A stretch of 63,788 nucleotides of DNA, the filler included, from Lenisia limosa (taxonomy: Eukaryota > Protista > Breviatea): assembly GCA_001655205.1 (NCBI GenBank). It is 13 parts of 13 records of this genome, joined end to end, with 100 filler letters (N's around TTAATTAATTAA, not from the genome) between each part and the next. Parts side by side here need not be neighbours in the genome. Positions count along the whole stretch, not along the records: positions 48,940 to 50,811 come from LPNZ01007747.1; positions 50,912 to 56,564 come from LPNZ01010485.1; positions 56,665 to 63,788 come from LPNZ01010461.1; 10 more parts are not named here. One strand, given 5' to 3'. Position 1 is the stretch's first letter. Each line of letters opens with the position of its first letter. Position numbers and translations under genes: made by a program. A model generated the notes under the pieces. It saw only the letters and a list, made by a program, of their open reading frames with translations. It was not told the DNA's origin and did not search any database. Positions 49,720-60,954 of this stretch are shown in pieces.

Positions 49720-50911
49720 GTGGGATTTTTGGCCCGGTTTTTATTATTATTAGTTGTATTAGTATTATTAGTATTGATAATAGTATTAGTATAGTTATTA
49801 TTATCATTTTATTTATTATTATTTTGTATTGTTTTTATTTTGTTGATCTACTTTCATAAACGGGTTTAAATTAATCTTTAGTGGTTGTAATCATCTTTAT
49901 TCAACATTATCAGATATACCCGTGAGAAAACGAAGTGTCTGTGAACATCAAAATTTCTCGGGGGTTTTTTTTTTCATAATGCGTGGCACTGTGCCTTTTA
50001 CTTGGCCTTTTTTTTAAGTTTTAGTTATCACAGGATTTGCTGATTTCTGCGTAAATAAAACAATATACTAAACATCTTAATTTTTTTTTCGATTCCATAT
50101 TTTCGGGTTCAATTGTTTGAAACTGGTAACATTCGTCAGCCTCATTGTGTTGTTCCTGGAGTATTTTATGGCTTACCAAACGTTTTTTGAGACTCATGAC
50201 AAATTTACGAGATTAGTAGTTTCTTATCTATTTCTATATTGAGAAATTCGTCCAGGTTTTAATTTTGACCCCACACTCAACTCACCCCCCCCCCCCCNNN
50301 NNNNNNNNNNNNNNNNNNNNNNNNNNNNNNNNNNNNNNNNNNNNNNNNNNNNNNNNNNNNNNNNNNNNNNNNNNNNNNNNNNNNNNNNNNNNNNGCTTCT
50401 GGTAAGGAAATTTCTTCTGATTTCAAGATTTCCCTAAAATTTCTTCGGATTTGGGAAACCCATATTTTCGTTAGAACCCCAAGCCAATGTGCCTTAGTGG
50501 ATTAGTGGTTGATTTGCTGCTGGGTTGAGGGAGATATTTAATCTAGGTCTGATATGGGTGGTATTGTTTGTAATCATCTCAATGAAGAGGAGAAAAATAC
50601 GAAAAAAAAAAAATGCTCAGAGCTGTAAGGCAAAAGATTGGGTGAATTAATATTACTTAATTATATGCGTGATGGTGTGGATGGTGTAGTCGTTAGTTTA
50701 GAGTGGCGGAGATGGAGGTGATTATCAAATCCTACTTACCATCATAGCGCCTCCCCCCACACCAAGTACTACCGCAGGGAAATCCTCGCGCCCTCCCCTC
50801 GGTGCCTCAGTNNNNNNNNNNNNNNNNNNNNNNNNNNNNNNNNNNNNNNNNNNNNTTAATTAATTAANNNNNNNNNNNNNNNNNNNNNNNNNNNNNNNNN
50901 NNNNNNNNNNN

Positions 50912-53900
50912 GGAAGGTTGACCAAAAGTTCAACAATTTCTTGGAGGATTCTGTTCTTCTCTATCTGTTGTCTCCTGTAGCCCAAATATCCTTAACAACA
51001 AGTCCATCTAGCCTCTCTTTGAAGAACATTTGAACAGGTGACCTCCCCATTGCGTCCCTAAAAACATCAAAAAGGTAATAGCAAAAAGTTGACTCAAAAA
51101 ATGGGATTGAAAAATAGAAGCCAAGGTAGCAGAAATGCTCTCATAGGCTATTAGATATATACAAATTATACCCTTGAGAAGGGAAGAAGGATCGAAGGGA
51201 GGACTAACATCCAGCTTACAGAGGGTGGAAAAACAGTGAAGAGAGTGTTTCTACTCAGAGCCCTTCTTTCCTACAATTTCCGTCTTAAATAATCTTCTTT
51301 CTTCAATATACACAAAAAAACAATAAAGATTTAACAAACGAAGAGAAAAGCAACAAAAAACAATTTTGGGGGATAAATTGTATTAGTACCACAGGAAGTG
51401 GAAAACTCGAGTTCCTGTGTACCTTCTCTTTATTTCTTTCCAAATTATGAAGATTACCAAATAAATATAATTGTTATACCGGCCAAAAGTCCAAAATTCA
51501 GAATAATAAAAAAAAGGTGATCAGTTTTTACTGATCTTGTCCAAAAATAGTGATCTTTAAAATTTGAAAAAAGGAACTTTTGATTTGTTATATTTCTTTT
51601 ATATGTGATTTTTGGAGAATATTAACCTTTCAAACATCTTTCTTGGAATTTTATAAAAATAGAATACGGAGTTTTGAATAAAATACGGAGTTTAGGTTGC
51701 CTAGCATATACATGTACACATACATATTAAACACATTTACACACCCATAAATTCACCCCATCCCCAGGATGATGAGTTGCCCGAAAACGCGGGTAATCCG
51801 CGGACCCAATGCATAGTCCCGGGCTGGAATGGAGTTTCCTGGGAGGTCTGGGAGGGGTGTCTTTTGTGATACATTACTTTATTTTGAATTTCTTTCACTA
51901 TTCGCGTGCCTGGCTTTTTTTTAACTTACCATATTAGGCATGTCTGGAGAGTTGGGAGCGTAAAATTTCGAACATAGACAGCCGCGTGCGCCTTTGTCTC
52001 CAAACACTGAGCTACCTCATTCCTCACGGCCTGGCCTTCCTGAACCAGCTGTCGCCCATGGACAACCCCCTTCGTCCGCACCCGGTTGGCTCCCGGCTTT
52101 TTTGCAGTAAAGTCTCTATTGAAACTAGGATCATAAAGATAAATACTCTATTAAAACTAGGATCATAGAGATCCGGCAGTTGGTTCGAGCTATTAAGTCA
52201 AAGCCATCACCGCCTTTCTGATAAGATATAATGAAGAGGCGGTACCTGGATCAAGATATAATGAAGAGGCGGTACCTGGATCAAATCTTCACTGTTTGTC
52301 GTTTCACTTTTGGCTGCAGTTTTTATTGTTCGAATTTCCCTAATTACATTACGGTATCAAATGGAAAATAGAAAGCTAATTGGTGGCTTTACACCACGAT
52401 GTTTTTATTTTTACTGCCACACTTGCCTTATTTGGAACGAAAATGAAGTGCGTTAACCAAGGTGGCACAAATCAAGGCTGATAATGTTTTTGTTTTCAAA
52501 TATCGTACATAAAACCTCGGGATAACGATACCATAACATTGTGGACCCGGAGGTGGCTTTTTCGTGTTTTTCATATTTGAACTCTGGAAAATTACATGTA
52601 CTACAGCAGTACTTGAAATGACTTTTTCAGGTGACGGTCATGCAGACTGCCTTGACACTCCTTGATGGAATCGGTTTNNNNNNNNNNAAGTTTGGTCTAG
52701 TGATGTAGTTCAAAATTTGATGCAAGAACGTCTTCGATCTTAGGCTCATACTGCGTGTTATTGATGAATTTTGAAGAAAATACTGCAATATGTTGATATC
52801 CCAGCATGTTCTTGTATATGTGGGTCCTTAAAGCTCTGGACAGCATTCAGAATTCACATCAAAACTCCCAGACAGTTTGAAGTTGACCTCTTGTAGAGAT
52901 AATTAGTATTTAAAACTCTTTATAAATATGTCTTTTGGGTGATAATGTGCAACTTTGTCCTAAATTGAAGAAAAATACCTTTTTCATGATGGCGGTTTGA
53001 ATCATGTAATAATGTTCGTGGTTTTTTTGGTATACTATGTATACATGTACAACAAAAAATATATTGAGAGGGAATTTGTATTCTTTATTGAGGAATAATT
53101 GTAAACAAAACCTTGATTAGCTTCATCATCTTCTTGAGTGTGTCTTGCCAAAACCGTTGGTTCAATCCCTTTAACAAACATCGATTCCTGATTTATCTCC
53201 TCTTGCAAAATTGCACTTTCATTGTTTTTAAACAATCTAGATGGGTAATGATTACGATCGAATTATTATCATAAAAAAAAAAATTAAAGGATACATATAG
53301 TATTTGTATGCTTTTTGTCACCTTGGGAAATCTAAATTTAGAGGGTGTATGCAGGCGTGCCTCGGGAATACGCTTGCCAACAACAGAGCTCCTGTGAGTA
53401 AGCTTCATGTAGGGTACCATGTGCAGGTTGAACAGATTCTTGGTTTTGCCGTGATTTTCCAGCCGTGAGCCGTGATTGTCTAGGATTTTGCCTGATTTTC
53501 CTGCCCGCCGGTTTTTCTCATACCCTGCACAAATCATGCACTTCCAAGCCGCGTAAAAAGACTTTTGTCACGACTTCCGCAAACTTTATTCCAAATTTGA
53601 GAACATTGCAAAATCACAAAAAATAGCAAGATTTTGGACTAATGTTTTTAAGGAAATGGCCTGGCCAATTTTCTTGGAATTTGAGTGAAATTTTACATTG
53701 GTTGTTATCATATTTCCATTGTTTATTGATGTTCACGCTTTTAAAGATTAATATCAATAAAAAAGGTTTATAAAAAAAAAACCCAGGTAAAATCAGGTTT
53801 AGTGTTGGGAACATATACAGTATAACACCAGAAGCGGTTTAGCCTTCAGGAGATCAATCCTGGTAGACCCGAAGGACAACATGGCACCATTGAAGCCGTC

Positions 53901-56564
53901 GCTTCCGCTTCAAACCCTATTCCTCAAGTTCAAGTTCCCTCCCCCCTTCCCCTTCTACATCAGCAACAACAGCGCATCAGAAGGCAAAATAATGAAAAAA
54001 AAAAAAAGGGGGGGGGGAACTTATGATNNNNNNNNNNNNNNNNNNNNNNNNNNNNNNNNNNNNNNNNNNNNNNNNNNNNNNNNNNNNNNNNNNNNNNNNN
54101 NNNNNNNAGTTTCATTTACGTCAAAATATTTTTTGAAAACCCCCTCTTGATAATAGCCTTTTAAAGTGTACTGAAATGGCGGACTCGGAGAGGCCGACCA
54201 CAACCTCAGGGAGCCCCAGGTACCCAGAAGGTACCGAGCAATTAAAAAAGTACAAGGTTTATTTAAGACGTTAGGACTGTAGGGTTTAGGAAGATTTTGA
54301 TTGAGAACGAGTATGCTGGGCTGTACACTTGTGTTTAAGATTAAGGAATATAGTCTAAGTTGAGTGAAGGACTTGTCTCCTTATGAATGAGCCATTACCA
54401 TCTAAACGAGTAAGGGAAGGTTCACAGATGGTGGAAACTCCCAAAACTCTTGGAATGCCTCCCAGCTCCAGAATGATCTTTACTGTCAACTTCAGCACCT
54501 TTGCAGATCCAAAAGTATTAACACCTACATACTCACTACTATGTATCATATATATTTACAAGAAAGCAGAAACTGCCAGGTCGATTTAGGATGTTAACTG
54601 AGCTTGGGCATCAGATGAACCGGGTTATGTCAAGTCAATTGAGCTTTTCGATCTTAGATAACTTTTTCAGGTCGTTAATCTTACATCATTGGTCAGAAGT
54701 TGGACTGACAAATTTTTGACTTTCCAAATTGTAGAGGTTGGTCAAAGTCCTGAAGAAAAGATAAAAGAGCAAAAACAGATTTCTAGTTTTTTCAGTAATG
54801 AGGACTGGGACAATGCAGTACACTGCAACGGTCTGGTGCGGCTGACCAAATTTATGTTAATTCCTTCAGAAACTCGAATACATGAAGTTCCAAGAAAACA
54901 AAATTAATTTTGACAGCTTCACCGACAGTCCAATGTATCACCCATTGGTTAATGAACGTGTCTAACAAAAATAGAAAATGTGGTATCGGCCTGTGTATTT
55001 TCTTAATAGAAAACCACGCGGGCGAAGTCCAAGTGGTTATCTTCGCAGAGGTGAAGAGGCCTTTTCTGACCCACTTCACCAAGGGTGTGGAAACGAAGTG
55101 GAACACCCGCGGTGTAGTGGTGAAGAAAAGGCCGACTCACCGAAGCAGGAAGAAGGCCACTTGGTGAGAGTGGTATTTCGTTGAAAAACACCGGGGACCT
55201 TTCTGAAAAACACTAAAATGTTTTATTATTGATTTTAACGCTGTCAAAAGGTCGTATATCGGATTATCTTAAAGGTTCACCCAAAAGTAAGATCACACGA
55301 CAAATCCAGTCAAAACCAGTTGACAGACAAATATCACCTGTCAGAAAAATTGTTGTTTAATACATTAAGCCGTGCTGGTTTTCAACCCTCCAAGAGAACA
55401 GGGCACTTAAACAGTCGAAGCCTTGGTAATAATGATTAGCCATTTGAGACAGATAAAAAAACATGACATATGCTCTTGCCGACTATCCTAAAAATCAAAT
55501 AAAAACACAAATACACAAGACAGACAGAAGTATCAAGGAAGATTAAATTTCAAGTTGAGTCTTGGTGGGGACGGTTGTTGAGGTTGGGGTTGAGGCGGAA
55601 CGGGATAATATTGTTGTTGCTGACGGAGGAACTCACCAAGACCTGAAAACAGTGAAAACAATTCGATAATAACTCAGCTAATCTTCAAAAATATTGCCAA
55701 TATTTACATTGACAACAGCTTGAGGAGGTGGAGGAGGGTGAAAAGCAACCAAAGAGGTATTTGTATGTAGAAGGTGAAGGTGAGGATGAAGAGGAGGAAG
55801 GAGCATGAAAATTAAGAGCGGAAGCAGAAGTTGAACACCTTTTGCATGAAGTACATCAGAATTAACGAACAGTAGAAGAGAGTGGTTTCAAGCATTGGAA
55901 AAGCCTCGCTAAGATCATCCAGTCATAATCCTCCATTTTTAGCAACTGATCCGATATAGTTCATTGACCCAAAGAATATCCAGAAATTCTTAATGGTATG
56001 CTTTTACATTCTTGGAGTGTTAAATGTAATACACGTTCAAAATATCAATAAATTAATGTCAATGAGTGATTCACGTCCAGTCCTTGCCTTACAACCATTT
56101 GACTTATGCATCTTATCAAAAGACAATACCCATACCTTGAAGATGGAGTAACACTTGGCCTAAAGCCCAACCCTGGTGAAGGTGCTTCGGCTGTTACAAA
56201 GAGGCAACAGCTCAGATGGGATGCCTGGAGGTCGTTGGCAGCCATCACGGTACTTCTTGAGACTGGTTGATGCCAGTGCATGAAGCCGACAATTGTGTGA
56301 GATCTCTTCTTCCGCCCTGCTTGATTGTTCTCGACCATCCGGGCGACAAAAAGGAATGCTTCGTTTTGGAACTATGAGATATTGGATCGGAAAAATATTG
56401 AATATTGATCTAAATATTTTCAAATATGCATTTTTACATCAATGTAGCGTTGTCATTCAACATTTGATCCGTTGTTGGAAGGGTGAGGAAAAACTCATTC
56501 ACAAAATGTTCCAATCCAAGTTTGTTTTCACAATTTTATGTGTCGTCTCCCTGAGTGCGATCAA
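50912..56564. other. Scaffold with unresolved orphan coding fragments and repeats
   Basis: Exon-like pieces, mostly on the minus strand (e.g. LFKNNESAILQEEINQESMFVKGIEPTVL ~53110-53240; ...QQQQYYPVPPQPQPQQPSPP...* ~55540-55650). A 30-bp duplication at 52222-52282. No consistent gene model. Confidence 0.3.
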
Positions 56565-56664
56565 NNNNNNNNNNNNNNNNNNNNNNNNNNNNNNNNNNNN
56601 NNNNNNNNTTAATTAATTAANNNNNNNNNNNNNNNNNNNNNNNNNNNNNNNNNNNNNNNNNNNN

Positions 56665-59600
56665 AGTGGTCTCCTTGTCTTTCAGATGGTAACTGGAATA
56701 TGAAGCTAGTATCGCGGTATCCCTATGTATTTATTTGTTTCCCTAGATTTCTAATTTATAGAATATTTCTCTTATATATAAAAAAAAAGCATGGAGAAAA
56801 ACACAAGGATTGCAATAAAAAAATGTATGAAACAGAATAAGAAATTCAGTCTTTTGGAACCGTAGGGTAGTCTTTATATCCCCCATCAGAATGATTTGAA
56901 GAGNNNNNNNNNNNNNNNNNNNNNNNNNNNNNNNNNNNNNNNNNNNNNNNNNNNNNNNNNNNNNNNNNNNNNNNNNNNNNNNNNNNNNNNNNNNNNNNNN
57001 NNNNNNNNNNNNNNNNNNNNNNNNNNNNNNNNNNNNGGCTGTTTTTTAGGGTTTTGTTAAATGGTCTCTTTATCTTTCTTTTTGTAGTATTCTGATAAAA
57101 CAGCCAATATTTAAGCAGAAGCTAAAAAGTCGAAATTATTGTCTAAATGGCATCCCTATTCTTTTTTTGCTTTTTTTGTGAAGTAGTTATGACAAATTAC
57201 ACAATATTAAAGCATCCCCCCCTCGCCCATAAAATCANNNNNNNNNNNNNNNNNNNNNNNNNNNNNNNNNNNNNNNNNNNNNNNNNNNNNNNNNNNNNNN
57301 NNNNNNNNNNNNNNNNNNNNNNNNNNNNNNNNNNNNNNNNNNNNNNNNNNNNNNNNNNNNNNNNNNNNNNNNNNNNNNNNNNNNNNNNNNNNNNNNNNNN
57401 NNNNNNNNNNNNNNNNNNNNNNNNNNNNNNNNNNNNNNNNNNNNNNNNNNNGAGCTTTATCTTTAGTCAATCGTGTCAGGACTTCTCGCGGTCACCCTTA
57501 CCCCCTTCCCTCCCACCTTCTCCAGCACACGAGCAGCAAGTGCGTGTTGATGTAATTCGAGGAGGAGCTTTGCTGAGGCTTGGCGCGTGGCTACAGGGGG
57601 AAGGTCGTCTCCTGCAAGGGTAATGAGACGAGGAGAGAGGGGGTGAGAAAACAGTAAAACAAGTCGCTTCCAGTAAAAAAAAAATAGATTATGAAGAAGC
57701 AAAAATCCGACAATCAACTTCATTTTGAGCATATCAACAAAGTTCAGAGTACACTGAAATGAGTTATCAAGAAAGTTCAGAACACAAACTGAACTTTCTT
57801 GACCCGAAGAACCACAAGTAAAAATCACTGCTGCCAAATAAGAACCCAGTTTTGAAAAAAAAAAAGGGGGGGGAGTGGATTCACTTCGATTCAAAAAAAA
57901 AAGACTGCTTGATAGATCCTCGAAAACTATCAATATTGCCTATCTGTTTCGAACCAAAGTAAAGCCCTGATGCACCCCACCTTCATTATTAATCCAAGAG
58001 TTGACTGTGTTGACTAGGGGCGCTTCCGCGTCGTCAGGCCTGTTCTGGCTCAGTCTGAATGACACCAATGACTGTGGGGAGGGTAACAATGGAAAATTTA
58101 TGAATAAAAAAAAACATCGCAAAATTAACTGATGGTGTTGACGGATTGAGTCGAAAATACTATACACTATACTACATATATATCATATATACTACATGTA
58201 TATATACTGTATGGTAAATAGAAGCATTGAATGTTTGTACACCAGATAAACAAAGATATATGAATCATAGCATAAAACAACACCCAACAATGATATTTTA
58301 CAATTGACGTTGATATACGACACACAATTTAAACAGTAACATGAAACACTGGACCAACAGCTATATATAATATTGTGCTGATATACACACATTAAACACC
58401 CTGCAGACATTGATGGTATCGACGTTGCTCGAGTCGATTTCGTATGCTCTTGACAGCAGCATTTCGCACTTCTCCTCAGCCTCTGGTTCCTCACTGATGT
58501 GTCAGACAGAAGGGTTGTATTTGTTAACGTTATTTTAACGCAATGTCATGCGAGATATGGGATGTGATGGTGAAGGTAAGTTGAGGCTATGCTGAGAGAA
58601 ATTTGAAGGTATGTTGCGAATTTTAGCTGAAAGGGTGTAGGCCTTCACTTCGGTTCGAAAAAAGCCCGTAAAATATCGACAGTTTTCAAGGATTTATCGA
58701 GAAATTCAGTCTTTTTCGAACTGAAGTGAAGCCCTAGTTATGCCCTAATGACCCTCACCAGAGGTCCGTCATATAGATGTCGACCGCGGCAATGAGAGAA
58801 GCAACCATATTCGTCTGCAGTTCCTCCAGCGTTTCTTCAGACTAAAAGGGATGGTCAGTGTGAAATGTTGAGAAATGTTTTATCCACACCATCACATTTT
58901 ATAAGAAATATTGGAGAGTATAAAATGGGCCCAGATAATATTTGGCCCGATAATAGAACGTAGTCGACCATCAGTTGGATTCATTATGGCAGATTTATCG
59001 CGAAAATCAGCATATCAAACGTTATCGGTAAAATATCGATAGTTTTCGAGGATTAATCGAAAATTTTTATGAATTTTCTTAACATACCAGATTATCTTTG
59101 TCCGCTAGGTAAGAGTTCAAGAGGGAATACGCCTTTTCAAAGTAAACCACAGCCTGGAAAATGAGGGGGGGGGGGGTACAANNNNNNNNNNNNNNNNNNN
59201 NNNNNNNNNNNNNNNNNNNNNNNNNNNNNNNNNNNNNNNNNNNNNNNNNNNNNNNNNNNNNNNNNNNNNNNNNNNNNNNNNNNNNNNNNNNNNNNNNNNN
59301 NNNNNNNNNNNNNNNNNNNNNNNNNNNNNNNNNNNNNNNNNNNNNNNNNNNNNNNNNNNNNNNNNNNNNNNNNNNNNNNNNNNNCACACACAACTTTTTG
59401 TATACACTGACTAGGATAAGTCTTGACCGATTTGCAAAGTGATTTCCACAAGGAAAATCGGTCAAGACTTATCCAATGATATATGATATAATCCCCCCCC
59501 CCCCACATCCATNNNNNNNNNNNNNNNNNNNNNNNNNNNNNNNNNNNNNNNNNNNNNNNNNNNNNNNNNNNNNNNNNNNNNNNNNNNTTGAAGGAGTGCC

Positions 59601-60658
59601 TTCGGGGTGTTTCTCTATCAGCTTGTTGAAGCACTACAGGAGTAAATAATGTGATTAAAGAGGAAGGATATTGATAATAATGTGTGGATGGAGAAGGAGG
59701 GAGTGGTTCTCCTAGAGTAAGTCGTGATTCCACTTTGTAAGTATGCAGGGAGGCACGCAGAAACTGTCTGCACTGTGTTTTTTGGCAAATGATTGGGTGA
59801 ATTGATATTATATTATAATTCAATGTCTCTTAAACGCATGCTGCACATTACCTCTTTGGCGTCGGCGTAGCGTTCGGTTTCAATGAGGAGTTCGAGAAGC
59901 AGGTCGTATGCCAGCGCACATTTGTCGTCAATCTTCAATGCTGCAAGAAGAGCCTGAGGGGGGGGGGGAGTAAAATTGGAAAATTTATGAAACAAAAAAG
60001 CATCAACTCTCTCTTCTCCAATAACCTCCTTTACCCCCATTATATATAGCAATGTGAAACATAAAAACAAGGCTTTATCTCGCCGAAGCCCCATGATACA
60101 TTTTACATCCCCACATACTTGAACAGCCACAACAGTACCCAACCCCCCTCCGCACCTCTTCTGCCTTATCAGCATCAAGTTCTGTCATCGCGCTTTCAGC
60201 CTTGGAGGTTAGTTATGTTCCACTTGAACCAGTAAAATATCGTTAGTTCTCGAGGATTTATCTTAGAAGACAGTAAAACCCTTGGGTATTAGTATAAAAA
60301 AGATGGTATGTACAGATAGTGTTCATGCGTACCCTGTTCCAATAAAGGGTATATACCCTGTTTACACTACATTCATGTGAATCCCCAAGATTAAGGTCCA
60401 GAATCAACAAAAATAGCCTGATTCATTTGTGGTTTATATTTGGTTTCTGTGTATTCTGTTAAAATGATTATGGTGACGACAATAAGAAGGAGGAATATGA
60501 AGAGAACAGAGATCATATGACCAAATACCGCGCTGTACAAACCCAGGCTGTCTTACCGCTTCAAGCGCTGCCTCTAATGTAGGAAACTGTTTTGCAGGCC
60601 GAGATGGCTTGGGGCCTCGGTTCTTCATCTTGCGAGAGCGAATCTTTCTCTTTGGCAT
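56665..60658 (-). CDS. ACL4: Acl4-like TPR assembly chaperone of Rpl4 (3' end cut)
   Basis: Exons: VASLIAAVDIYMTDLC, EEPEAEEKCEMLLSRAYEIDSSNVDTI, VSFRLSQNRPDDAEAPL and DLPPVATRQASAKLLLEL. These match the Acl4-family AEIYMTDLC..EAE..CE, LASxRISQ and PPYxxRxxxAKLLIE motifs. Confidence 0.8.
57878..57968. mobile_element. MITE family A (diverged, reverse orientation)
   Basis: GGATTCACTTCGATTCAAAAAAAAAAGAC...TTTCGAACCAAAGTAAAGCCCT. Confidence 0.75.
58638..58737. mobile_element. MITE family A, subfamily 1
   Basis: TAGGCCTTCACTTCGGTTCGAAAAAAG...CTTTTTCGAACTGAAGTGAAGCCCTAG. Confidence 0.9.
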
Positions 60659-60954
60659 TGTGTCACGACTCCTTTACGCTATCTATTCAAAATATTTAGT
60701 TATATAAACTGAGTTTAGATAATATATTTTAGATTAGCGTCTTAGAAGGAAAAGGTAAATTTTTTAACAATTGTGGCTTTATACATTTTTTACCCGGGTA
60801 TGACACAATCCCAAAACTGGCTTGTATATGTTGTGATTTTTGAAGAAAATAAATGAGAGAAAAACGCTTGGAACAACAACTTTATAGATAAACAAATAGA
60901 GAAAGCACAGTAACCTCAACAAAGTCGCTGTCAGATTCGGATTGATCTTCCAAA

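Noticed and set aside
53110-53180. GIEPTVLARHTQEDDEANQ resembling a PIF1/Helitron helicase segment
   Set aside because: Single short similarity with no Walker A/B or other helicase motifs nearby and no frame-consistent neighbouring exon.
5823-56620. TTAATTAATTAA recurring 12 times
   Set aside because: Always centred in exactly 44+44 N; an artificial six-frame-stop linker, not biology.
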